From: Sminthopsis crassicaudata
Taxonomy: Eukaryota
Length of the DNA: 64,000 nucleotides
Direction: 5' to 3'
NCBI RefSeq assembly: GCF_048593235.1
Contig: NC_133619.1
Span: 524,857,644 to 524,921,643 of the forward strand
Positions 50,998 through 62,881 of this stretch are shown here, in pieces; within the stretch, counting starts at the first letter, position 1; every line of letters begins with the position of its first letter. The position numbers and the translations under genes were made by a program. The notes below the pieces were generated by a model. That model saw nothing but the letters and a program-made list of their open reading frames with translations, was not told where the DNA came from and made no database searches.

Positions 50998-51393
50998 TTA
51001 TATTATTATTGTATACAACATGATGAACAAGCTGATTTTAGAAAATCCTGGAAAGATTTACCAGAACTAATACCGAGTGAAGCAAGCAGAATCAGGAAAA
51101 CATTATACACAGTAATAGTAGGATTGTACAATTATCAACTATGACAGACCTGGGTCTTCTCAACGGTTCAGGGACCCCAGGCAAGCCCAATAAACTGTGG
51201 ATGGAAAACACCATCTGCATCTGAAGAGAGAACTGTGGGGCTGAGTGTAGATCAGTACTATTTTCACCTTTTTTTTTTCTTTATTTTTCTCACAGTTTTT
51301 TTCTTTTAACATGATTCAAATGTTTAAAAAATGAATGTACATGTATAATGTAAAAAATTTACATGTAACTGGGGAAAATAAAAATATTTTTAG
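50998..51393 (+). mobile_element. L1 3'-UTR fragment inserted into an older L1-like sequence
   Basis: CAAGCTGATTTTAGAAAATCCTGGAAAGATTTA...CACCATCTGCATC; flanked by AAGAATGCTAT(C/T)C copies. Confidence 0.75.
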
Positions 51394-51406
51394 AAGAATG
51401 CTATTC

Positions 51407-53207
51407 GCAAAGTTGCAGGATACAAAATAAACCCACATAAATTATCAGCATTCTTATATGTCACTAACAAAATTCAACAGTTAGAGTTACAAAGAGAAAT
51501 TCCATTTAAAGTAACTACCAATGGTATAAAATATTTAGGAATCTATCTGCCGAGGGAAAATTAGAAACTATATGAGCAAAACTACAAAACACTTTCCACA
51601 CAAATTAAGTCTGATCTAACCAATTGGAAAAATATTAAATGCTCTTGGATAGGGAGAGCAAATATAAAATAAAGATGACAATACTACCTAATCTATTTAT
51701 TTAGCACTACACCAATCAGATTCCCAAAAAACTATTTTAATGACCTAGAAAAAATAACAACAAAGTTCATATGGAAAAACAAAAGGTCAAGAATTTCAAG
51801 GGAATTGGGGCAGCTAGGTAGCACAGTGGATAGAGCACCAGCCTTGAATTCAGGAGGACCTGAGTTCAAATATGATCTCAGACACTAAACACTTCCTAGC
51901 TGTGTGACCCTGGGCAAGTCACTTAACCCCAGCCTCAGGGGGGAAAAAAATTCAAGGGAATTAATGAAAAAAAAAATCAAATGAAGGTGGCCTAGCTGTA
52001 CCAGATCTAAAATTATATTATAAAGCAGCAGTTACCAAAACCATTTGGTATTGGCTAAGAAATAGACTAGTTGATCAGTGGAATGGGTTAGGTCCAAAGG
52101 ACAAAATAATCAATAACTCTAATAATCTAGTGTTTGACAAACCCAAGAACCCCAGTCTTTGGGATAAGAACTCAATGTTTGACAAAAATTGCTGTGAAAA
52201 TTGGAAATTAATATGGTAGAAGCTAGGCATTGACCCACACTTAACACCGTACACTAAGGTCAAAATGGGTTCATGACCTACAAATAAAGAATAAGATTAT
52301 AAATAAATTAGAAGAACATAGGATAGTTTACCTCTCAGACCTGTAGAAGAGGAATGAATTTATGTCCGAAGAAGAACTAGAGATCATTATTGATCACAAA
52401 GTAGAAAACTTTGATTATATCATATTGAAAAGTTTTTGTACAAACAAAACTAATGCAGATAAGATTAGAAGGGAAACAATAAACTGGGAAAACATTTTTA
52501 CAATCAAAAGTTCTGATAAAGGCCTAATTTCCAAAATATATAGAGAATTGACTCTAATTTATAAGAAATCAAGCCAATCTCCAATTGATAAATGGTCAAA
52601 GGATATGAAAAGACAATTCTCAGATGAAGAAATTGAAACTATTTCTAGTCATATGAAAAGATGTTCCAAGTCATTAGAGAATCAGAGAAATGCAAATTAA
52701 GACAACTCTGAGATACCACTACACACCTGTCAGATTGGCTAGAATGACAGGGAAAGATAATGCAGAATGTTGGAGGGGATGTGGGAAAACAGGGACACTG
52801 ATACATTGTTGGTGGAATTGTGAATACACATCCAGCCATTCTGGAGAGCGATTTGAACTATGCTCAAAAAAGTTATCAAACTGTGCATACCCTTTGATTC
52901 AGTAGTGTTACTACTAGGCTTATATCCCAAAGAGATCTTAAAGAAGGGAAAGGGACCTGTATGTGCAAGAATATTTGTGGTAGCCCTCTTTGTGGTGGTC
53001 AGAAACTGGAAACTATGTGGATGCCCATCAATTGGAGAATGGCTTAATAAATTGTGGTATATGAATATTATGGAATATTATTGTTCTGTCAGAAATGACC
53101 AACAGGATGATTTCAGAAAGGCCTGGAGAGACTTAGATGACTGATGCTGAGATCATTATATACTTCAACAACAATACTATATAATGATCAATTCTGATGG
53201 ATGTGGC
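51407..53207 (+). mobile_element. Relatively young 5'-truncated L1 (ORF2 RT and C-terminal region, with stops and frameshifts)
   Basis: CAAAGTTGCAGGATACAAAATAAACCCAC...; [41 protein letters not shown]; GEWLNKLWYMNIMEYY. Confidence 0.97.
51807..51950 (+). mobile_element. Young WSINE1-type SINE inserted into L1 ORF2
   Basis: Perfect 12-bp TSD TTCAAGGGAATT at 51795-51806 and 51951-51962. Confidence 0.95.
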
Positions 53208-53490
53208 ATTGCTAAAGGAGCTGGCCCCGCCCACGAAGGGAGGAATCGGGGAGGGTCCAAGAAGATTCTGTATAAAAGTAGGGAACAGCAACCACTCGGG
53301 GAGACATTTTGGGGAGCAGACAATAAAGAACAGCTCTGCTACATGTTGGCTCTCTGTTTGCTTATTCCCCGCTCCTGTCTCCGGAGCCGGGCCAGAGACG
53401 TCCGAAGGCTGGTGGAAGCTAGAAGCACGCGGTAAGAAACTTTCGGTTTCCAGTGAGACTGCAACAAGTGGTGTGGAAAAACCCCCAACA
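53202..53490 (+). mobile_element. Short CpG-rich LTR fused to the L1 3' region
   Basis: TG...CA ends, TATAAAA near 53272, AATAAA near 53322, many intact CpGs. Confidence 0.7.
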
Positions 53491-53744
53491 AAGAATGCTA
53501 TTCATCTCCTTACAAAGAAGCAATGGGATAAATATGAAGAAAGAAAAAAATATTTTTGGACATAGTCAATTTAAAAATTTGTATTGCATGAGTATATTTG
53601 TCACAAAAATTTTGGTTTTCTTCCTTTTTTTCAATAGAGGGGATGTAGAAAGAGAAAGTAAATGTTTATTAATTGAAAAAAAAAAGAATGTTATATGAAT
53701 TATTTTCCCAATTGCACATAAAGATAATCCTTAACATTTATTTT

Positions 53745-54520
53745 AAAAAATTGTTTGACTGACCAACATCTAATATCCTATATGAAGATAAAGTTGAAAT
53801 GCGTTCATGATTTAGACATAAAAGGTGATACCATAAGTAAATTAGGAGAACAAGGGATAATTTCTCTCTCACATCTGTGAAGAAGGAATTTATGACTAAA
53901 GAACATTAGAAAACATTATGAAATGCAAAATGGATGATTTTGAATATATTAAATTAAAAAGGTTTTATGCAAACAAAATCAAAGCAGTCAAGATTAGAAG
54001 AGAAGCAGAAAGTTGGGGGGAAAATTTACATCCGAGGTTTTTGATAAAGTCCTTATTTCTAAAATATGTAGAAAATTGACTCAGATTTGTAAGACTACAA
54101 GATATGGGGCAGCTAGGTGACACAGTGGATAGAGCACCATCCCTGCAGTCAGGACCTGAGTTCAAATCTAGCTTTAGACATTTAACATTTCCCAGTTATG
54201 TGGCCCTGGGCAAGTCACTTAACCCTAATTACCTCAATAAAAAGACTACAGGACATTCTCCATTTGATAATTGGTCAAAGAATATGAACAATTTTCAGAC
54301 AAAGAAATTAAAGCCATTTCTAGTCCCATGAAAAGATGCTCACTATTGATTAGAGAAATACAAATTAAGACAATTCTGAGATATCACTTCATATTTCTCA
54401 AATTGGCTAAAGTGACAGGAAAAGATAATCATAAATGTTGGAGGGGATGTAGGAAAACTGGGACACTAATACATTGTTGGTGGTGCTGTGAAGATTCAAC
54501 CATTCTGAAGAGCTATATAC
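53745..54520 (+). mobile_element. Degraded L1 fragment containing a WSINE insertion at ~54106-54240
   Basis: [45 protein letters not shown]. Confidence 0.85.
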
Positions 54521-56596
54521 TTAAACCAAAGAGGGGGAAATTATACACTTCAATATGCATTCAGATTCCATCGTTCTTTCCATGGATGTGGATAGCGGTT
54601 TTCATCATGAGTTGTTTGAAATTGTCTTGGATCATTGTATTGAGAACAGCTATTAAATCATTCACAGTGGATCTTCAAACAATATTGTTTGTTGTTCCTT
54701 TTACAATGTTTTTTTGCTTGTGTTCACTTTTCATCAGTTCACATAAGCCTTTCCATGTTTGAAAGAACATTTATTAAGCATTTACTCTATGGGTCAAGCA
54801 GTTTCAAATGTTATAAAATACAAGTAACCTAGACAATCCCTGTCCTCAAGGAGCTTACATTCTAATAGAGAAAAATTAATATGTATAGGGGAATGGTGGC
54901 CAGGGAAGAGAGTTTTGGACAGCAAAGTCAAAGGGATGGCTATTACACATTTTCATGTTTACATTTTAACTCTGCTATTCTATATCATCTTTGTTTTGGA
55001 TGTTTTGCAGTAGCCTTTGAATAAAAAGATTATATTTCTGATCAGAAAAGCTGTTCTGTTAGCCAAAAGGGAAGGCATTTGTGGTATTACAAGACAAAAA
55101 TATAGATACACACAATTCTCTCATTTCATTAAATTTGCACATAAACATTCCTTTACGTTCTTCCAATTTTAAGTCCTTGAAGAGAAGGAGAGTCTTCCAG
55201 GAGAGGCATGGTATGGGGTGTAGTCATATCTCCCATATGCATCAAAGAAAATTTTTTAGAATCTGTTCTCATAATTTTCTACATTGTATATTTATTTGGA
55301 AACAGAAGTAATTCAAACAGCATCTTTATTCCAACATCGGCTTCAATCCTCAAATCTACATACATTATTAAGCTTATAGGTTTTATTCATCCCATTTTCT
55401 GTAGTCAAAAACAATGGAGAAATACAATGCTTCTGTTTCCAAAGGACTAGTTTATATTGCAAGGGAGGATCTAATTTCAAGGTTCAGAGAACTGGGGGAA
55501 AATGTAAATAGGAAGAAATTGTAGTGTGTACAAAGTTTAAGAGACAAAGTGAAAAAAAAAGAAGTAAAAAGATGGTGGATAAAATAAAGTGCAAATCTAC
55601 AAATTTGTCATTTATTCTTCTGCAAAAAAGCCCTGCTGATATCAAATACTAGGGAAGGGAGAACAACTTGCTCTGAAGTAGTCTACCAGCATTCCTTAAT
55701 CTCAATTACCATTAGAAGTTTCATCCATTGTCCTGGTGCTGTGTAAGGGACTCTTAGGGAGATGATACCAGATATCATATTCTTTCATTCCATTTATTAA
55801 AGAAAATATGTTGCAGAAGAATGTTGAGGTTTAAATCATTTGGGAATTTATTATTTTCAGAGAGAGAGGTGAAATGTAATCATTCTGGATTAGGGAATAA
55901 TTACATCCTTCAGAAGACACAGAGTTTATCTTTTTACCATACTTCTTTAATAACATTAGGGTGCATGGAGTTTTGGGAGAGGACTAGCACCTCTGATTTG
56001 AAGGTTTGACAATCCCTTTTCAGGGCTGCGTACCCACTTTTGGTGTTCATCACTTGTTACCAATTCTCACCTGGGGTTCTAACATAGTTAGCAGCCATAC
56101 TCAAGTGAAATCATCATGGAAGACAGGCTAAACCAGACTGAGGAACTGACAGGCCAAAAACCTGGTAATGAATTAGGGATTACCCCAAGCATGTGAAAAT
56201 TTCCCCTGCTGGAATGGGAAGATGAGAACAATTTGCTCCAACAGCCAAGAAAGAGACTAAAGCTGCAGCTTTGGAACACTTAGGGCATAGTCATCCACTG
56301 TATTCTGGAGCATTTCAAGTTGTCCTGACTTTTGTCTTACCACCAGACTTTGATGACTCTGAGAGAGAGATTGAGGCTGATAACTTGTGTAAATCTGCCT
56401 CACTTAAATCCAACTCACATGTGAGCCAAGATATCATTCTGTGATCACAGAATGATATCATTAGTCCTCTTCAAAATGAAGAACAAATAATAAGTGTTGC
56501 ATCTACATTTCAATAAATGAAAAGTGACACTGATTTCTCAGGTTAAGAAAGGGGAAAAAAAAAAAGAGAAGAAATTGGTTTCCAATTCCTAGGGGC

Positions 56597-56602
56597 TTTA
56601 TT
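56597..56602 (-). terminator. Candidate CFAP68 polyadenylation signal
   Basis: AATAAA on the minus strand about 130 nt after the stop. Confidence 0.6.
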
Positions 56603-56728
56603 TTTCATTAAGAGAAGACTTACTATGTTACAGAAAGCAAAATTCTTAACTGTGTTGAATAGATAACTATTCCCAGTTATATTTTACTTTAGAAAAAAGG
56701 AGCTTGTCTTGTTTCCTGTGCCAGAGTC

Positions 56729-56895
56729 TTAGCACTGAGCATCTTTAGGAACACATAAACATACAAAGCCTTCACTGGGTTGAGGTGCTGAATAATTCAA
56801 CATGTAATCTGACTTTCCTATGGTGCTAGGTCTGTATTGAGGAGGAATCAGCTCAGGCTGATGTCCAGGAAAACAGTGAGGTTCTTGTTTAAACC
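56729..56895 (-). CDS. CFAP68: CFAP68 (C11orf1) last exon (RFKQEPHCFPGHQPELIPPQYRPSTIGKSDYMLNYSAPQPSEGFVCLCVPKDAQC*)
   Basis: Acceptor TCTTTCTTTGCAG|GG; matches human RFKREPHWFPGHQPELDPP; TAA at 56729-56731. Confidence 0.92.
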
Positions 56896-57429
56896 CTGCA
56901 AAGAAAGACAGGAAATTAGAAAATTGATATCACTTAACAACAGGGATTATCCCAAAATAATACTAGCTAAATGATTAAATGTTTTATAAATATTATTTTT
57001 CTTGATCTCAATAACTATGAGCTAGGTTAAATATCATGTTATCTCTATTTTGTAAAAGAGAACATTCATACTCAGAAAGTTATTTGCAGCATAGTCAACT
57101 GTCAAAATTGAGATTCAAACTCAGTTCTCTTCACACTAAATTCTGCACATTTTCCACTATACTATACTGACATTAGGTCTGTTCACATTAGGCAAAGTGG
57201 GAAACTGATTATTCCAATAAAAACAAACAACCTGGAGGGATAGCATAGTGTTCCCACAATAAAAGGAGAAAAAGTCTATACTTTAGGTTGGAGGAATCCT
57301 GGGGAGTAAAGAAATAGCCAATTTGGGAGGGAAAACATCTTAAAAGCACTCATTTGAAGTAGGCTTAATTTTAATTAAGTGATTATTACTACCCCATCCC
57401 AATCCTGCTCTCTACTTTAAAGCACTTAC

Positions 57430-57493
57430 TTCGAGGAGGAGGTAGCTTTTTTTGGTAGTTGGAACCATATGTTGTTTCAAAATAGTGACCAAA
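57430..57493 (-). CDS. CFAP68: CFAP68 internal exon (FGHYFETTYGSNYQKKLPPPR)
   Basis: TTTCTTTCTAG|TTTGGT...CGAA|GTAAGT; 64 nt; matches human FGHYFETTY. Confidence 0.93.
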
Positions 57494-57906
57494 CTAGAAA
57501 GAAAAACAGAAGATTTTCAGTAAAAATTATGCAGTCAAGTTTCAAAGTATGGAAATCTTTATGGCATTAGTAGTAATAGAACTTGCCAGGGTTTATATGT
57601 ACTGGAGGCTTCACAGCAAAGCTTTCCATGAGGGAAGTTCAAGCCTATGCATTCAGTATAGATTATAGGAGACTCTACCCTCATCTAGGAGACACTAGTG
57701 TTCTGAGAACGAATTAGTAGATAAGATTAAAGTCCTCTGTAGTTTGATGAGAATTACATGGCATCTTTTATGCCATTTCTTAAAAGGAAAGGTAATGTTC
57801 AATTTGGTTGGGAAGTGTTAGGATTATATATTCTGCCTCCTAGAACTATCACATAGTTTTGTATGCTAAATAAATAAGCCAAAGGAAGAAAAGGAAGGAG
57901 GATTAC

Positions 57907-58137
57907 CTGGGAAGACATAGGTTGTGGCTGTACAATCTTTTGAAGGTCGTATCTCTCCTGGTTCCAGTTGCCTATTAAGGTACGGTTAGAGTAATCATTT
58001 TCATTGGTTGTACATCTCCATCCATACTGGAAAAACTTGGACATATCATTCCAGTCTGTCCATACTTCGCCATGGCCATCTGCATGCATTAGGCAGCCAC
58101 ATTGTGGATTTGTGATAAAGCAGGAAAAGGATAATTT
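57907..58137 (-). CDS. CFAP68: CFAP68 internal exon (KLSFSCFITNPQCG...ADGHGEVWTDWNDMSKFFQYGWRCTTNE...QPMSSQ)
   Basis: CCCCAG|AAA...CAG|GTAATC; 231 nt, phase 0/0; strong match to human C11orf1. Confidence 0.96.
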
Positions 58138-58879
58138 CTGGGGAAGGGCAGGAAAAGGAAACCATTGCACAAACCAAGTAACAGAATTCCATTTCTTCTC
58201 ACTCTTGTTCTACACACTGAGAGATGACCAACACCTTGGAAACATTAAGTCCAACTAAGGTGCACGTTTCTGACAGTTTGCTGCAGCTTATCAGGCAGTT
58301 ACATTTTTACTCCTGACATATATAGCAATAGCTACTTCTCTGCTTTGCCTTCAGAGCCTAGCAAAAAGCAGATGTCAATTAACTGAGGTAATTGTACTGG
58401 AGAGGAATCTTAAATCTAGGAATCTTAAATATCCAGAAATCCAACATAGGGTGTCAATTAACCTGCAGTGAACTTAGAACTCAGGAATATAAGGAGCAGG
58501 GAATCTTAGTTTGTAGCATATTTGCTTTAGGTGAAGTGAAAAATGAAGTCTTAGAAGTTCACAATTAGAAGTGATTTCGGAGGTTTAGTCCAAACTGAAT
58601 CTGAAAAAATCCTTCTGCGTCCAATCTTTGCTTAAAGCTCTCAAACGAAGAGAACTCGTTTCCCTACAAATCGCTTCTACTTTTGGCTAACTCTTAGAAG
58701 AATTTTTTTATTCATTCATAACTCTTCCTAGCTCTCCTACTCCCTCTTAACCTCAAGCCAAATAGATTTCCCCAGACAGATTTCCTCTTTCAACCCTTTC
58801 AATAGTTGAAGACAATTGCGTTCTTCCTAAGTCTGATTCTCCCGTTCCCTTCAGGCCCGGTTCAGATACTAGAAAATAC

Positions 58880-58969
58880 CTGTTCTGGGTTTTGGACAAA
58901 TGATTTGGATAGTTTGGGCTCCACTGAGATGCTTTCACAGCAAATGAATTCTTGATATTTCTTTTCCAT
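58880..58969 (-). CDS. CFAP68: Probable first coding exon of CFAP68 (MEKKYQEFICCESISVEPKLSKSFVQNPEQ)
   Basis: GAACATGG Kozak, 90 nt, donor CAG|GTATTT in phase 0; the CC pair echoes human MAASQCLCCSK; gives 183 aa in total. Confidence 0.55.
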
Positions 58970-59039
58970 GTTCCTCCTGGGGCTGACAGGTTACCCAACA
59001 TAGATTTTGGAATTTCAGTCCACAGGAAATGAGGATTTT

Positions 59040-59395
59040 CTCCTTGTCCTGATAGAAATCTCTGGCCTACAGGACGGGGTCACTGCCAGAACCGGAGGCG
59101 GAGCCAGTGCCTCGAGGATATATTGGGTAGAGAGACGGGACAGACGGGTCACGGGCCCCTCTTTGTGAAGTTTGCTCTGCTGAGATCACCGGGCAGCGGA
59201 TAACGGGGTTCAGAGGCCCTGGCCCTCAAACTATAACTACTTCCCATAGTGGGAGAGGGGTGAGTGGTACTGTAGCTCCTTCCGCAGACCAGAGAATCAC
59301 ACAATCCCCTCCAAGTGAATAAATGTTTATTACGTGCCTACCAAGTACGTGAAAATTACAAATTACTCTTCCAAAGAGCTGAAACTACAAAGACC

Positions 59396-59447
<52 letters not shown>

Positions 59448-60530
59448 CTGTCCTCAAAGCTTAAGAGGAACCGGTGCACTAAAAGGGAAGTTCTAGGGGT
59501 TGATGAGGTTAGACCGGAAAAGTTAAAAAAAAAAAAAAAAATCCCCTGCCCTCAAAGCTCAGGAGGAACCGGCGCACAAAGAGGGTAGTTCTAGGGGTGG
59601 ACGAGGTTAGACGGGATGATGTCTCAAGGGTGAAAGCACTTCCGGCTGGGCTGGATTCCAGGCCCCACGTTTTACAGAGGCCCACATGCTTAATGACTCG
59701 CTCCAGGTTCACCCAGCCAGTGGTAAGTGACAAGGCTCAGCGGCGGGAGCCATTCGTGATTCGCAGCAGAAAAGGAACTGGATTTGGACTCAGGAGACCT
59801 GGGTGAGACAGAGCTCGGCCGCTAAGAAGCGGCGTGAGCTTCGCACATCACTCGGCTTCTCAAGGTCTTTTCTAGGGTCAAAATCTAGGCTGCGTCCCTG
59901 GATTAAGGGTAGAGGAGGGAAAGTTGGTGAAGGGGCTGCTCGTCCAGGATTCGTCACCAGCTTCTGCATTAGAGATTGCTTGTGACGTCACAGAAGTACC
60001 GACGAATCAGCTTGCGCTTGGTTAGTCGAGGGAAGGAGAGGTTTTACCTTACGGGGAAAATTCTTCAAATTTGCAGTCATGGTTATCACCACCACCACTA
60101 GTTCGGAGGACCAACAACAGGTTGTCAAGGCAACCTGGAGCTATGGCTCGTCATCATTCAGCGACCGGGGAGGACAGCGGAAGGAAGGGGAAGTGACAGC
60201 TGACGTGCGTTACACAGGGCTGAGGGAGTGGCGACAAGCTGAGGCACCATGGTCGCTCGCCGCCTCCTATTGGTTGGGGAGGGAAATTTCTCCTTCGCCG
60301 CCGCCTTGAGCGAGAATCAAGGGTCCGGCACACGTCTCATAGCCACTTGTCCCCAGGAATTCACGGACTTGGCCGGGGACTCGGTGTTTCTGGAGAACCT
60401 ACAACGCCTGCGCGACCGAGGTAGCGGAGCCCCTCCCCTCACCGAAGCCCCTCCCCCCTCAAGTAATGAGGCCCCTGAAGCCCCACCTCCGCCTCCATGT
60501 GATTCTTCTCTTCCGCGCATCCTAACCTAG
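59040..60530. promoter_or_regulatory. CpG-island bidirectional promoter of CFAP68 and FDXACB1
   Basis: CpG-rich; CRE palindrome TGTGACGTCACA at 59981-59992; ETS ACTTCCGG at 59638-59645; divergent genes. Confidence 0.85.
60249..60420 (+). CDS. FDXACB1: FDXACB1 exon 1 (MVARRLLLVGEGNFSFAAALSE...LQRLRDR)
   Basis: GCACCATGG Kozak; 172 nt; donor GAG|GTAGCG; matches human MAPRRLLLVGEGNFSFAAALSE. Confidence 0.96.
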
Positions 60531-60859
60531 GCTCGAAGCTCTTTTTTTTCCCCAAGTAGAGCTGAAGGGTGATTGCTCTGGTTGTTCGCATTTCTCCGAG
60601 AGTTCCCTCTGCTTTTATCCGACTTCTGATTTCCCCCGCTTTCTTTAAATCCCAACTAAAAAACCCTCTACTGGAAGCTTCCCCAGTCCTCCGAGTACCA
60701 GTGCTTTCTTTTGGTCTTTTCCTATTTATCCTGCATACAGCTCGCTTTTGTATATATTTATTTATTTGTTGTCATCCCCTATAGATTGTAACCCGCTTGA
60801 GGAACTTAATTTTGCCTCATTTTGTATCCCCAGCGCTCTGCACAGTATCAGACAGATAG

Positions 60860-61210
60860 CATAAATACATAATAATACATAATAATGATAAACGTGCCTG
60901 ACACAGCATAAATAGAATACATACTATATATTATAATATGTTATACATTATACATAATTATATATAACATAATATATTGTGTGTGATACACAATATAATA
61001 ATATATAATTATATCTTGCATATAATAAGTGTTTGACAGCATAAACAACAGACTAATAATAAAATATATTAACTTAAGTATTTGAGTGACAGCATAAATA
61101 ATAATAGAATATATAATAACAAACAAGTGACACAGCATAAATAAATAATAGAATAATATATAATAATAGACATAATAAGGGTTTGACACAATAAGTAAAT
61201 ATATATATGA
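60860..61210. repeat. AT-rich degenerate tandem repeat in FDXACB1 intron 1
   Basis: Recurring TGACACAGCATAAAT...AATAG motif in low-complexity AT sequence. Confidence 0.7.
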
Positions 61211-61346
61211 CGATAAACATAAATGATTATCGAATTGAAAAGTTTGTGGGAAGGTGGAGAATTAGCTCTTGCCTGGATGCTGGGCCGCAGGTGATCCCGT
61301 GCTCCCAGCGTGCTCTGCTCTTCCCACCTTCCTCCTCCTCCCCCAG

Positions 61347-61503
61347 GGGCTGAGGTGCGCTTCGGGGTGGACTGTACCCAGTTGGCAGAAGCCTTTGCCG
61401 AGGATGGCTGGAAGTTTGATCGCATTTATTTCAACTTCCCGCACTGTGGGCGCAAAGCTGGAGTGGCCAAGAACAGGGAGCTACTTGCCAGGTTTTTTCA
61501 GAG
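61347..61503 (+). CDS. FDXACB1: FDXACB1 exon 2 (GAEVRFGVDCTQL...IYFNFPHCGRKAGVAKNRELLARFFQ)
   Basis: CCCCAG|GG...AG|GTGAGG; 157 nt. Confidence 0.96.
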
Positions 61504-62528
61504 GTGAGGCGGGGCTCAGCCCTTTACCAGGTATGGTGTCTTACTCGAAAAGTCTGTGACATGGTGTCCTGCCCCAGAGGAATAGCTGAAACTTGAAAAA
61601 TGAGAGGGCAAAAGAATATGTATATATAACACATAGGCTACCCTTCCCTGTGCCCCCCAAAAAACTGGCTTGTGCACGATCATTTGTATCGTATTTTCTG
61701 TGTATGTTTTAGCACGTATAGATATGCACACGTGTATATATGTATATAAGCATGTGCGTGTATTTATATTTCTTTTCAAAGTGATCACAGGATGGTATGT
61801 AGCAAGTAACAAAATTTGTGGCCCAGGCAGTTGCATTACTGTGGGTAACTAGGCAGGGGGCGGAAAAGGATGAGAAAGACTGCCCAGGTTAAGTGACCTG
61901 TACGAGGTCAGAATTAAGTTGAGCCCTGGAGTATAAATTTAGAGCTTAGGGATCATCACCCGGTCAAACCCTTTCATTTTTCAGGCAAGGACACAGGAGC
62001 AGACAAGTTAAGTGACTAGCTCTGAGTCATATAGTTATTGTCAAAAAGATATTTCCTCCAAAGAAGCATTAAATTCTGTCTGTGGAATCTCAAGGGAGAA
62101 TATTTCAGGTGGGGAGGAATTCTAGAACAATGTCATATTCAAGGGACTTGACTTTCATAATCTGCTCAGAGATTAGTTTGTATAGTGTACCATTTAAGGG
62201 ACAGTTTTGTACTTTAATTATTAAGGCAGATGAAAAAATATTTGTTTTAAATGATTAGGAAAATAAAACCCTCTGATCACATTTTACAGAAGTTTTGCAG
62301 ACACCAGTTCTAATATGAACATCATGCTTTTGGTCAAAAAATACCACATAGGTACTTCTAAGCAGATTTTGATTTTATTCTCATCTACAAAGTAGCCAGA
62401 TTTTAAAAATTAGCTGACGTGCTTAAAAGTTTGGTCCTTAAAAAACAGTTTAAGAATCTCAATATGTTTGTGATATCCATGGTTATTTCTAATTGCTATT
62501 GAAAAATAAATCTTTTTTTTCCCTGTAG

Positions 62529-62732
62529 CTGTGCTGATGTCCTTGCAGAAAGAGGGGAGGTTCATGTGGCATTGTGCAGAGGACAAGGAGGAACTCCTGC
62601 TGATTATCCCAGGAGAGAATGGCATAATAGTTGGCAAGTAGTAGCTATGGCAGCTAGAGGAGGACTCATCTTGAGCAATGTTCATCCTTTCACTTCTGGG
62701 ACTATGCCAGGGTACAAGTGCACTGGGTACAG
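62529..62732 (+). CDS. FDXACB1: FDXACB1 exon 3 (SCADVLAERGEVHVALCRGQGGTPAD...WHNSWQVVAMAA...GYKCTGYR)
   Basis: TTTTCCCTGTAG|CTGT...AG|GTAACA; 204 nt; absent from the ORF track but open in the expected frame. Confidence 0.95.
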
Positions 62733-62881
62733 GTAACACACAATAGTAAAATTCAAGTTTGTTTGTTTGTTTGTTTTTCTTCTCTCCTCTCTGTTAAAAA
62801 CTGAGCTATAGGATTTTCTCTGATATTTTGATTCAGTCCCTTAGGAGTGCAGTTCATATATAGAGTCTTGTATTTTTCCAG

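Noticed and set aside
53745-54760. Oppositely oriented L1 pieces as a twin-priming inversion
   Set aside because: The fragments meet tail-to-tail, whereas twin priming joins the 5' ends; probably independent insertions.
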